Shown piece after piece: positions 28,152 to 36,849 of a stretch of 49,026 nt of DNA. Source of the stretch: Dialister sp. (GTDB lineage: Bacteria > Bacillota > Negativicutes > Veillonellales > Dialisteraceae); assembly GCA_003447275.1 (NCBI GenBank), contig DLZS01000082.1, positions 1 to 49,026 on the forward strand. The letters run 5' to 3'. Within the stretch, counting starts at the first letter, position 1. The number at the start of each line of letters is the position of its first letter. Under the pieces are notes generated by a model that did not search any database, was not told where the DNA came from, and was given only the letters and a program-made list of their open reading frames with translations. The position numbers were made by a program, and so were the translations under genes.

Positions 28152-28862
28152 TTATTTATCCTTTTTGGCAATGATGGTAGACAGATAATTGGGCTTATAA
28201 TCTGCCGGAAGTCCGCCGATATCACGAATGACGATCTCATCAGGAAGTCCTGCGCGCGATACCATGACAGAACGCTCAAGCATGTGATGCTTTCTAAGCT
28301 CTTCCTGCACGAAAGCAAAGCTCTTGTATACTTTCATGATCACCGCATTATCGCAGGCAGCCAGTGCCTGATCAAATTTCTTCGGGTCGCAGGTCGCCGG
28401 AATGATGAGAACATTTTCCTCCCATTCTGTCACAGGCAGCCCGATATAGGATGCAATGCCGAGAAAAGCAGGGATCCCCGGAATCGTCTCGACTTCATAT
28501 TCTTCAGAGTCTTTGAACTCATTGAAAATATACATATATGTGCTGTAGAGCATCGGATCACCCAGAGTCAGGAAAACCAGATTCTTCCCTTCGTCCAATT
28601 TTTCCTGAATCAGCTTGCGGTTGATTTCCCACTGCTTATTCACAGCCTCCATGTCAGTATTCATCTGGAAGACCATCGGGAAAATTTCAACGGTATCCGG
28701 GATATAGGGCTTTGCGATATTAAAAGCAACAGACCCTTCCTTTTTCTCCGTCTTTGGTGTGATGATCATATCTGCCTGCTCGATAGCTTCGACCGCCTTG
28801 ACAGTCAGAAGTTTTGAATCTCCCGGACCTACACCGATGCCATATAATTTACCTTTTTTCAT
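28152..28862 (-). CDS. cbiL: Precorrin-2/cobalt-factor II C20-methyltransferase (CbiL/CobI)
   Basis: GKLYGIGVGPGD..LLTVKAV, FLTLGDPMLYST, IPGI, IMKV, YLSTII; start placed behind GGAGG. Confidence 0.9.
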   Translation of the reverse strand: MKKGKLYGIGVGPGDSKLLTVKAVEAIEQADMIITPKTEKKEGSVAFNIAKPYIPDTVEIFPMVFQMNTDMEAVNKQWEINRKLIQEKLDEGKNLVFLTLGDPMLYSTYMYIFNEFKDSEEYEVETIPGIPAFLGIASYIGLPVTEWEENVLIIPATCDPKKFDQALAACDNAVIMKVYKSFAFVQEELRKHHMLERSVMVSRAGLPDEIVIRDIGGLPADYKPNYLSTIIAKKDK

Positions 28863-29140
28863 CATAAACCTCCTCAAAATGATTATGAAACAGTTATAGG
28901 GAAAGGGTTCCCCTTAAAAATTGCTGTTATGCACCATTTTATTGTACCATATTTTGTTAGAAATTGATATGAAAGCGCACAGAGGCTCGCGAATTGTCAA
29001 GTTCTGCAGAATATAGAAACTTCATGACTGCCCGATTCCGCTTGTGTATCGTCATGATATCGCAGAAATCTCCATTTACAAAAAGTGATATAAATGAAAA
29101 AACAAGTATTATATATTATGTTATTTATGAAGAAAAACTA

Positions 29141-29169
29141 TTGTATATGACATTCGAAACTGTTACCAT
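29141..29169 (+). promoter_or_regulatory. Putative promoter of the small membrane protein gene
   Basis: TTGTAT, 17 bp, extended -10 TGt-TACCAT. Confidence 0.45.
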
Positions 29170-29230
29170 GAAGAAAACATGAAATTCGTCAAAGCGCGGC
29201 ACTTCATAGCCGCACGCAAAGGAGCTTTCT

Positions 29231-29467
29231 ATGACAGCCTTTCTTATCAACTGGTACCCGCTGCTGTGCCTTCTTTTTATTGCCATCGGCTACGGGATTT
29301 CTTTTTGGAAAAAGAAATCCCCCTTCGCAGCCATTCTTCTGCTATACGCGATTCTCTTTTTCAGTCTTTATGCCTTTCTGCAGGTTCTTCACGCAGACAG
29401 CGTCGCACCCTTCTGCTTTACCGGTGTCATGCTCATCGATCTGCTCTTCTGGAATGAAAAAAGATGA
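29231..29467 (+). CDS. Small hypothetical membrane protein (78 aa, about 3 TM)
   Basis: AAGGAG RBS at correct spacing, upstream promoter, hydrophobic helices separated by a KKK loop. Confidence 0.65.
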   Translation: MTAFLINWYPLLCLLFIAIGYGISFWKKKSPFAAILLLYAILFFSLYAFLQVLHADSVAPFCFTGVMLIDLLFWNEKR

Positions 29468-29575
29468 TACAGGCAGGTGGACAGAAAATGCGTCTATGAG
29501 CATGCTCTCTCTTGACCCTTTATCCCATATGTTATACTAATAAGGTATTAAAATCAAAAGAATAAGGAGGCCTTT

Positions 29576-30568
29576 ATGAATATTCTTGTCACCGGTGGTG
29601 CCGGCTATATCGGTTCCCACACGGTCCGCGCACTGGCAGCTGCCGAAGGACTGACGCCAGTGGTTTTCGACAATCTCTCCACAGGGCATGCAGAGTCCGT
29701 GCCTGAAGGTGTGACACTCGTCAAAGGTGACATTCACGACATTGATTTCGTCGCTAAAACCCTCGAAACATATAAAATCGACGGTGTCATCCATTTCGCA
29801 GCCTATTCACTTGTCGGAGAATCCATGGTGGATCCTGCCAAGTATTATACAAATAACGTCGAAGGGACGCTCCACCTGCTTCTTGGCATGCAGAAAGCAG
29901 GCGTCTCCAAGATCGTATTCTCTTCCACGGCCGCGGTATACGGCGAACCCGAAAAAACGCCGATTGAAGAAGATTTCCCGCATAATCCGACCAATGTCTA
30001 TGGACGCACAAAGCTCGTCATAGAGCATATGATGCGCGATTTTACGAATGCCTACGGTCTCTCTTATGTGGCTCTGCGCTACTTCAATGCTGCCGGTGCT
30101 GCGCTGGACGGCACGATCGGGGAGGATCATAATCCGGAGTCTCACCTGATCCCTCTCATTCTGAAAACCGCACAGGGGGTGCGCGACCACATCGCAATCT
30201 ACGGCACGGACTACCCGACGCCAGACGGAACTTGCATTCGTGACTATATCCATGTCGTGGATCTTGCGGATGCACACATACTTGCCATGCAGTACCTCTT
30301 ACGGGGCGGCGAAAGCACCTATTTCAATCTTGGCAGTGAAAACGGCTTCTCTGTCCGCGATATCATCGACACTGCCAAAGAAGTGACAGGCATCGATTTC
30401 AAAGTGACAGAAGAAGCGCGCCGCAGAGGCGATCCCGCTGTACTTATCGCCTCTTCCAGAAAGTGTAAAGCTGTCCTCGGCTGGCATCCCACCCATTCTG
30501 ATACAAGGGAAATCATTGCTTCTGCCTGGAAATGGCATAAATCGCATCCCTATGGATATAAAAAGTAG
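29576..30568 (+). CDS. galE: UDP-glucose 4-epimerase
   Basis: TGGAGYIGSH, FSSTAAVYG, YGRTK (YxxxK), LRYFNAAG, DGTCIRDYIHV; extended -10 TGtTATACT upstream. Confidence 0.96.
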   Translation: MNILVTGGAGYIGSHTVRALAAAEGLTPVVFDNLSTGHAESVPEGVTLVKGDIHDIDFVAKTLETYKIDGVIHFAAYSLVGESMVDPAKYYTNNVEGTLHLLLGMQKAGVSKIVFSSTAAVYGEPEKTPIEEDFPHNPTNVYGRTKLVIEHMMRDFTNAYGLSYVALRYFNAAGAALDGTIGEDHNPESHLIPLILKTAQGVRDHIAIYGTDYPTPDGTCIRDYIHVVDLADAHILAMQYLLRGGESTYFNLGSENGFSVRDIIDTAKEVTGIDFKVTEEARRRGDPAVLIASSRKCKAVLGWHPTHSDTREIIASAWKWHKSHPYGYKK

Positions 30569-30633
30569 GAAATGATCCCCTTTTTATTCTTCTACGCACC
30601 TCAACTATAAAATTCATAAGAAGGAGAGTTATC

Positions 30634-31515
30634 ATGCAGAAAATCAGAAAAGCCGTCATTCCGGCCGCCGGCTTTGGCACCCGTTTCCTGCCGGAAACAA
30701 AAGCCATGCCGAAGGAAATGCTGCCTATCGTCGACAAACCGACCATCCAGTATATCGTCGAAGAGATCAAAGCAAGCGGCATTGAGCAGATCCTGATCAT
30801 TTCCGGTCACGCCAAGAGGGCTATCGAAGACCACTTCGACTCCTCCCCTGAACTCGAAGAGCATCTTTATGAATCCGGCAAAATGGATCTTCTGAAAGAA
30901 GTCCGCAAGGTCGCTTCCGTCAAGATCCACTACACCCGTCAGCCATATATGAGAGGCCTCGGCGATGCCATACTCTGTGCGAAGGATTTCATCGATGATG
31001 AACCATTCGGCGTCATTCTTGGTGATGATGTCGTGTACAATGGCAATGAAACCCCGGCACTGAAGCAGCTTATGGACCAGTACCAAAAGACAGGTGCCAC
31101 CATCATCGGCTGCCAGATCGTCCCCAAAAGCGCGGTCTCCTCTTATGGCATCGTAAACGGCGTACCAACAGAAGATCCGAATCTGGTTCACGTTAAGGAT
31201 ATGATCGAGAAACCGTCTATAGAGGAAGCACCGAGCCAGTTCGCAGCGCTCGGCCGTTACGTCATCACGCCTGATATTTTCGGAATTCTGGAACAGACGA
31301 AGCCCGGAAAGGGCGGAGAGATCCAGCTCACCGACGCCCTCCGCGTCATGGCACATGATGGTCATGTCTATGCCTACAATTTCACCGGTAAGCGTTATGA
31401 TACGGGAAATAAGCTCGGCTACCTCAAGGCGACCGTTGAATTCGCTCTTCGCAGGAAAGACCTCGGAGAAGATTTCAAGAACTATTTAAAAACACTGGTC
31501 GCAAACATGGACTAA
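30634..31515 (+). CDS. galU: UTP-glucose-1-phosphate uridylyltransferase
   Basis: KAVIPAAGFGTRFLP.TKAMPKEMLPIVDKP, GLGDAI, IEKP, GEIQLTDA. Confidence 0.96.
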   Translation: MQKIRKAVIPAAGFGTRFLPETKAMPKEMLPIVDKPTIQYIVEEIKASGIEQILIISGHAKRAIEDHFDSSPELEEHLYESGKMDLLKEVRKVASVKIHYTRQPYMRGLGDAILCAKDFIDDEPFGVILGDDVVYNGNETPALKQLMDQYQKTGATIIGCQIVPKSAVSSYGIVNGVPTEDPNLVHVKDMIEKPSIEEAPSQFAALGRYVITPDIFGILEQTKPGKGGEIQLTDALRVMAHDGHVYAYNFTGKRYDTGNKLGYLKATVEFALRRKDLGEDFKNYLKTLVANMD

Positions 31516-31559
31516 GAACGCATCGATTCGGTCGTTGTCTCCCTCCTTTTCTCTCCATA

Positions 31560-31619
31560 CACCCAAAAAGGAGCTGTGAAGAAATGAATCCTCATTTCTC
31601 AACAGCTCCTTTTTGGGTG
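31560..31619. repeat. Long palindrome (galU terminator and/or IS1182-type target/end palindrome)
   Basis: 18-bp perfect arms CACCCAAAAAGGAGCTGT/ACAGCTCCTTTTTGGGTG plus inner AGAAATGA/TCATTTCT. Confidence 0.7.
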
Positions 31620-32307
31620 GGAAACAGGAGTCACCGGGGATCGAGGATACATCCTCTTTGATTTGGTCCCATGCTTTCAGCGAAAGTGCCCCAGCGGAGG
31701 GGAGAAAGGACGGCGCTTCAGGCAGAACGCCCTCACGCAGCGGGTGGGAAAATCCGTGATATCATGGATGTGAGAGAGACGCTGATTTCTAAAAAATAAA
31801 CAATCGCGCCCATAATCCTTATTTTGCGCCATTGACATGGCTTGCCAACGATTCGATGGCATTGCCGCCCATGGAGTAGAAATAGTATATAAACATTCTT
31901 TCAGAATCTGTCTCTGCGATGGAATCCGTGTTTCCCAAATCCGCATTTCTAAAAAAGAGGGTCACTTTTCCCCTGCCTTCTCGATGCTATGTATAGAAGC
32001 AGGAGAGAGCTTCCCGGAGATATCTACTGACCGGATTTCCTTCATCCTAGGCAGAGGGAAGAAAGGACAACGGATATCATGCGGCTCTCGAGCGCTTCTC
32101 CCTTCGACGGTTCTGCCCGGGAGGAATCGGGGAAGGTGTGCAAGAACAGTAAGCCCATAAAAAGACAGGATGAAAATCCGAAGCCGAATAAAGTGGATCG
32201 CATTGACGACAAGATCAGGCTCGCCTCTAAGTGAGTAGAAGTCCTGGCTACGGCCAGGACGCCCTCGAAAGCTCTACGCCTCCCAGCCTGGCGCCCGATT
32301 CATTGGA

Positions 32308-32631
32308 TCAGACCATTCGATAGGATAAGCCTCCTGTCTTTTTTGCGTGGGGGAAATACGTCTCGAAAAGCGTGTTTTTGAAAACTTGTCCAGTCCCTTT
32401 TATGATTTCATCCATAAACCCGAACAGAACCGTTTTCAACATATTGACGGGATTATATCTGATTCTACCCAACTCATGAGCAGGGAGTTTGCTCAGATAT
32501 TTGCGTAAATCGATTTCCTCCATACATCTGTCAAACGTGAAAACCGGATCTGTGATATCCAGACACTCAGAAAAAAATGCTGGTGAAATTCCCTGCTTGG
32601 GATTATCATAATACACAGCTAGTTTTTTCAT
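32308..32631 (-). pseudogene. Truncated IS1182-family transposase (DUF772-like N-terminus only)
   Basis: DPVFTFDRCMEEIDLRKYL..GRIRYNPVNMLKTVLFGFM resembles IS1182 N-termini; no DDE domain follows. Confidence 0.7.
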
Positions 32632-32727
32632 TACACTTAAACTCTAACACAAAAAGGACTTTCGATTCGCAAAAATCGAAAGTCCTTTTTTGTGTTCATG
32701 GAGCTATTATTTCACAGCCCCTTTTTT
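32308..32727 (-). mobile_element. Internally deleted IS1182-like element remnant (left end plus transposase N-terminus)
   Basis: End motif GGGGCTGTGAA (32721-32711) resembling GGAGCTGTGAA at 31570; subterminal hairpin 32646-32696; truncated transposase ORF. Confidence 0.6.
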
Positions 32728-32790
32728 GATGCTTCATCAAAGAAAAGACGCCTATCATTGGATATAGCGCATGCCACGTCTTCTCTTCAT

Positions 32791-34704
32791 TTACATACAG
32801 CGCCAAATATGGAGAAGCTGGTCTTCTGTCATCTTATCGACCTGGAAATAGGAGGCCCCCATGGCTTTTGCGATCTTTTTCGCAAGTCCGAGACGGATAA
32901 AGCCAGACTCCGTATCAATGACAGCCACAGGAAGATGGCGGCGTCCTATACGTTTCGCTTCATCCATGGCATCGGTCACGGGATCGGTTCCTTCATTGAG
33001 CGGACTGGTCGCACGGCCATCCGTGATGAGAATGACAACGGGATCCTGCGCCGGATCCTGCCTGTAAAGCATATCGAGTACATCTTCCGCTTTGAGAAGA
33101 CCTTTCGCCAGCGGCGTCTTGCCGCCGGTCGGCATAGAGGCCAGTTTCTTCTGCGCGAAATCTACGCTTCTTGTGACAGGGAGAAGGACCTCCGCCTGCT
33201 TCTTACGGAAAGCGATCATACCGACGCGATCACGTTTCTGATACGCATCAAGGAGGATCTTGAAGATGACGCCTTTGACCGTTTTCATACGTTCCCGAGC
33301 GCCCATGGATCCGGAGGCATCGACGACGAAAAGGAAAATATTCCCCGTGCGTTTTTCACGCACTTTGCTGCGAAGGTCATCTTTTCTGATGACGACAGCG
33401 CATCCATTCGACGGGCGGGCCTTCTGATACGGAGCCGCCGCACGCAGCGTGGCATCGAAAGCGATGTCGCTGGTCTTTGCTTTCGGGATTTCCGCACGTA
33501 CATAGCGTCCCTGCATCAGGTCAGTCATGGTCAGGCTGCGCTTGCCGCTCCCTTTCTTCGGCTTTCTGTCCTTGGCAGGCTCGATCCACATCGGAGGCAG
33601 ATTGACATGGAGATTGGCCGCATCGACACGTTCACGGGAAGCCCCCTTCGGATTCGACATCTGGGCATTGGTATCATTTTGATTCTCATTGCCTTGACTG
33701 TCTTCCGTATCCGTCTGCTCGGGCTGCGGCTGCTCCGGTCTTGTAAAATCCTGATCACTCTGAGAAGGATCCTGCGGCTGATCCTTCGAAGGTGCCTCGC
33801 TATCCGGCGGCTGCGGCGGTGGATTCTCTGTATCCTCATGCCTATCTTCCTCTTCTTCCGCTTTTCTCATGCGGTGAGGCAGGATGAATTCTGCCGCCTT
33901 TTCAAGGTCTTTCGGAAGGACATATTTTCTTCCCGCCAATGCCGCTTCGGCTCTGGCGGCTTCGATGAGATAAATGTCCGCACGATGTCCCGCCACATGT
34001 GCCTTCAGTGTATAGACGGCGGCCAGCTGGATCATGGCCGGTGACACCTCGACATCTTTCAGTCTTTCTCTGGCCTTGGCGACCTGATCCCTCAGCGCTT
34101 CTGTCTCTTTCTCCCATTTCTTGCGGAAGGCAAGTCCGTCTTTTTCGAAATCCAGTACACGTCGAATGATTTCGATCCTGGTCTTATCATCTGCCTGAGG
34201 CTCTATCTGGGCAAAAAGGCCGAAACGGTCGAGCGAAGAAGAAGAAAGCGTACCGCTTTCCGGATTCATGACAGAAAGTACCGTGAAACGAGACTCTCTC
34301 TGCTCCGAGAGACCGTCACGCTCGAGGCGGTAGCCGCCTGCCTCGCGAATATTCAGAATGGCAGAAAGCAGATCGTCGCGCAGCAGATTCGCATCATCGA
34401 TATAGAGCAGTCCGTCATTCGCTTCATCGATAAGACCCGGCAGGAGCTTTTTGTGCCCGCTTCGAATGGCCTCTTCGGCATCGATAGCTCCGAAGAGACG
34501 GTCCTCTGTGATGCTGATCGGCACCTCTACCCACGGGGCGTCCAGAAGCTCTCTGGCGCTTCGGACGAGCGTAGATTTCCCTGTTCCCTTTTCACCAGAC
34601 AGGAGAAGTCCTCCGGCGTGCGGGTTGACCAGGGTGAGGAGGATCGCTTCCTTCGCCTTTTCTGCGCCGCAGATGGCAGCGAAAGGAAATCCGTTACGCT
34701 TCAT
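32791..34704 (-). CDS. Chelatase medium subunit, ChlD/BchD-like (AAA+, acidic/Pro linker, vWA)
   Basis: [36 protein letters not shown] linker, MIDAS DASGSM, GGKTPL, ITDGR. Confidence 0.9.
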   Translation of the reverse strand: MKRNGFPFAAICGAEKAKEAILLTLVNPHAGGLLLSGEKGTGKSTLVRSARELLDAPWVEVPISITEDRLFGAIDAEEAIRSGHKKLLPGLIDEANDGLLYIDDANLLRDDLLSAILNIREAGGYRLERDGLSEQRESRFTVLSVMNPESGTLSSSSLDRFGLFAQIEPQADDKTRIEIIRRVLDFEKDGLAFRKKWEKETEALRDQVAKARERLKDVEVSPAMIQLAAVYTLKAHVAGHRADIYLIEAARAEAALAGRKYVLPKDLEKAAEFILPHRMRKAEEEEDRHEDTENPPPQPPDSEAPSKDQPQDPSQSDQDFTRPEQPQPEQTDTEDSQGNENQNDTNAQMSNPKGASRERVDAANLHVNLPPMWIEPAKDRKPKKGSGKRSLTMTDLMQGRYVRAEIPKAKTSDIAFDATLRAAAPYQKARPSNGCAVVIRKDDLRSKVREKRTGNIFLFVVDASGSMGARERMKTVKGVIFKILLDAYQKRDRVGMIAFRKKQAEVLLPVTRSVDFAQKKLASMPTGGKTPLAKGLLKAEDVLDMLYRQDPAQDPVVILITDGRATSPLNEGTDPVTDAMDEAKRIGRRHLPVAVIDTESGFIRLGLAKKIAKAMGASYFQVDKMTEDQLLHIWRCM

Positions 34705-35722
34705 CGTCGATGACCTTATCCACTTCGGACCAGTCCAGAGTCTGTTCTTCGAAAGGACGGCGTCTCATACGGTGCGGGAGCGCCAGACGGGAAGCCTCAC
34801 GGATATCTTCCTTCGTGACCTCAGTATGACCTTCTACGGCTGCGATGGTTTCTGCCGTCTTAATCAGCGTGATGTCTGCACGGTGACCATCGACGCCGAG
34901 CGTGATGGAGATCTTGGCAGCCAGCAGGAGAATGTCATTCGACACCGTGACCTGCGGGAGCAGCTTCATCGCACGCTCGATGCGGCGGACTTCTTTCTCC
35001 TGCTCATCCTTCCACGCTTCGAGGAAAGGCTGCGGATCTGCTTCATAAGCCAGACGGCGTTTGATGATTTCTGCTCTCTTTTCCGGATCCTGTTCACCGA
35101 CGACCTTGACAGAAAGGGCGAAACGGTCAAGAAGCTGCGGACGGATGTCCCCTTCTTCCGGATTCATCGTGCCGACCAGAGAGAAGCGCGCCGGATGGGA
35201 GTAGGAAATCCCTTCACGCTCTACAGTATTGATCCCCATAGCGGCCGAGTCAAGAAGTACATCGACGACATGGTCATCCAGCAGATTGATCTCATCGACA
35301 TAGAGAATGTTGCGGTTCGCATCTGCGAGAATACCTGTTTCGAAGGAACGCTTGCCTTCACGGATAGCCGCCTCGATATCCAGTGTGCCGACGACACGGT
35401 CTTCTGTCGCACTGACCGGAAGCTCGACCACCTTCATCGGCAGCATCTCTACGTCCGGTTCTGCATGGTCGTATTTTTCATGGCATTCATCACACCAGTT
35501 GGCTTTGTCATCCGGATCGTCATGGAAACGGCATCCCTTGATGCAGCGGCGCGGCGGAAGCAGGTCAGCAAGAGCACGCACTGCTGTCGACTTTGCCGTC
35601 CCTTTCTCGCCCTGAATGAGTACGCCGCCCAGCTTTGGATTGACGACATTCAGCACGAGTGCTCTTTTCATCGTATCCTGGCCGATAATAGCTGTAAATG
35701 GAAATGTTCCCTGTCTTTTCAT
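34694..35722 (-). CDS. Chelatase small AAA+ subunit, ChlI/BchI-like
   Basis: [68 protein letters not shown]. Confidence 0.93.
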   Translation of the reverse strand: MKRQGTFPFTAIIGQDTMKRALVLNVVNPKLGGVLIQGEKGTAKSTAVRALADLLPPRRCIKGCRFHDDPDDKANWCDECHEKYDHAEPDVEMLPMKVVELPVSATEDRVVGTLDIEAAIREGKRSFETGILADANRNILYVDEINLLDDHVVDVLLDSAAMGINTVEREGISYSHPARFSLVGTMNPEEGDIRPQLLDRFALSVKVVGEQDPEKRAEIIKRRLAYEADPQPFLEAWKDEQEKEVRRIERAMKLLPQVTVSNDILLLAAKISITLGVDGHRADITLIKTAETIAAVEGHTEVTKEDIREASRLALPHRMRRRPFEEQTLDWSEVDKVIDDEA

Positions 35723-35796
35723 GAATATCCTCCTTAAAATAAATGGATCTTATCGATAGAAAAAAGGTGCAGGAGAAACACAGGTTCTTTGCGGAA

Positions 35797-36849
35797 TCAG
35801 CATTTCCTCATATATCTTTTTATAAAAAACTGTTTCATCGCACATTCTGCTTCAGACTTTTTCACCGCTCCGTCCGAGCGAAGCCAGCGGGAGAAGCACC
35901 CTCCGCCGCATAGAGGGAAATAGGAGCAGTCGCGGCACTCCGCCATGGCCTTGTCGACAAAAGCAGCAACGGCTCTCACTTTTTCAGGATCACGCCCTTC
36001 GTGGACATTCCCCAGAAGATAGCGATCTCTTCCCATCAGCGAGGAGCAGGCATAGATATTCCCATGCACATCGACAAAAGCCGCTTCCCCGTGCATGGCA
36101 TAGCATTGCGGGAAATCGTAATCCTTGGTTTTTGCAAGACGAGCGGCTCGATCCTCCTGCGTGAAATGGATATGCCGTCCCGTCATCTGTTCCAAAAGGT
36201 CCATGCGCGCCGCCGTCTTTTCGAGCGCTTTTGTCATCGCCTCTGCGGAAGGCGCATGAAGAGCAGCCCCGCGCCCCTGCTCACGCAAGATATCAAAGCC
36301 GACCTGGTGAACATTTCCATAGAAATGCGCCATGTCTGCAATACCCGGAAGATCCTCTGTCATATCCTCTGTCACGACGCAGGTGATGCCCGTCCCGATG
36401 CCGGCAGACGCCAGATTCTTAAAGCCTTCTGACGCAGCCTGAAAGGACGAGCCGCCATCTTTTTTCCGGCGCGTGCGGTCCATGAGATCCTTGCGTCCGT
36501 CACAGGAAATACCGATCCCCACACCATGCCGGTAGAGCCATGTACCTATATCCTTGGTGAGGAGTGAGCCATTCGTCTGTATCTGCATCTGTGCATCATA
36601 ATGATTCCTCTCGGCGATTTCTACCAGTTTCCGTATGAGCGGAAATCGAAGCAGCGGCTCCCCGCCGGAAAACTGCAGGAGAAAGCGATTTCCTCCCCTT
36701 CCGGCAAGGTGCAATGCCGCAATGGCCGTCTCCTCCTTCATATCCACCTGATCAGCATCTGCTGCATAACAATACCGACAGGCAAAGTTGCAGCGGCCGG
36801 TCAGCGTGAGGACCAGCATACGGATCGGCGCAAGGTCAGTCGTCATCAT
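35797..36849 (-). CDS. Radical SAM protein with SPASM domain
   Basis: CNFACRYC, FSGGEPLL, QTNG, ISCDG; C-terminal C..GNIYAC..LGNV..CRDC-x5-C-GGG-C..C; overlaps the cobN stop. Confidence 0.9.
   Translation of the reverse strand: MMTTDLAPIRMLVLTLTGRCNFACRYCYAADADQVDMKEETAIAALHLAGRGGNRFLLQFSGGEPLLRFPLIRKLVEIAERNHYDAQMQIQTNGSLLTKDIGTWLYRHGVGIGISCDGRKDLMDRTRRKKDGGSSFQAASEGFKNLASAGIGTGITCVVTEDMTEDLPGIADMAHFYGNVHQVGFDILREQGRGAALHAPSAEAMTKALEKTAARMDLLEQMTGRHIHFTQEDRAARLAKTKDYDFPQCYAMHGEAAFVDVHGNIYACSSLMGRDRYLLGNVHEGRDPEKVRAVAAFVDKAMAECRDCSYFPLCGGGCFSRWLRSDGAVKKSEAECAMKQFFIKRYMRKC

Noticed and set aside
32227..32272. Hammerhead-like CTAAGTGA...CGAAA in the structured element
   Set aside because: The core does not match CUGANGA and stems I/III could not be formed convincingly
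31620..32340. CRISPR array or protein-coding ORFs 31677-31946 and 31837-32160
   Set aside because: Repeats are short and irregularly spaced with no cas genes; the ORFs lack an RBS and recognisable protein features
33500..33900. Programmed frameshift in chlD producing a ChlI-like product
   Set aside because: chlD is one uninterrupted ORF and a separate chlI gene is present
32692..35737. Long plus-strand ORFs (450 aa, 428 aa) and similar ones at 3875-5026, 21079-22104, 26854-28068, 46484-48244
   Set aside because: Antisense shadows of well-supported genes; no motifs or RBS
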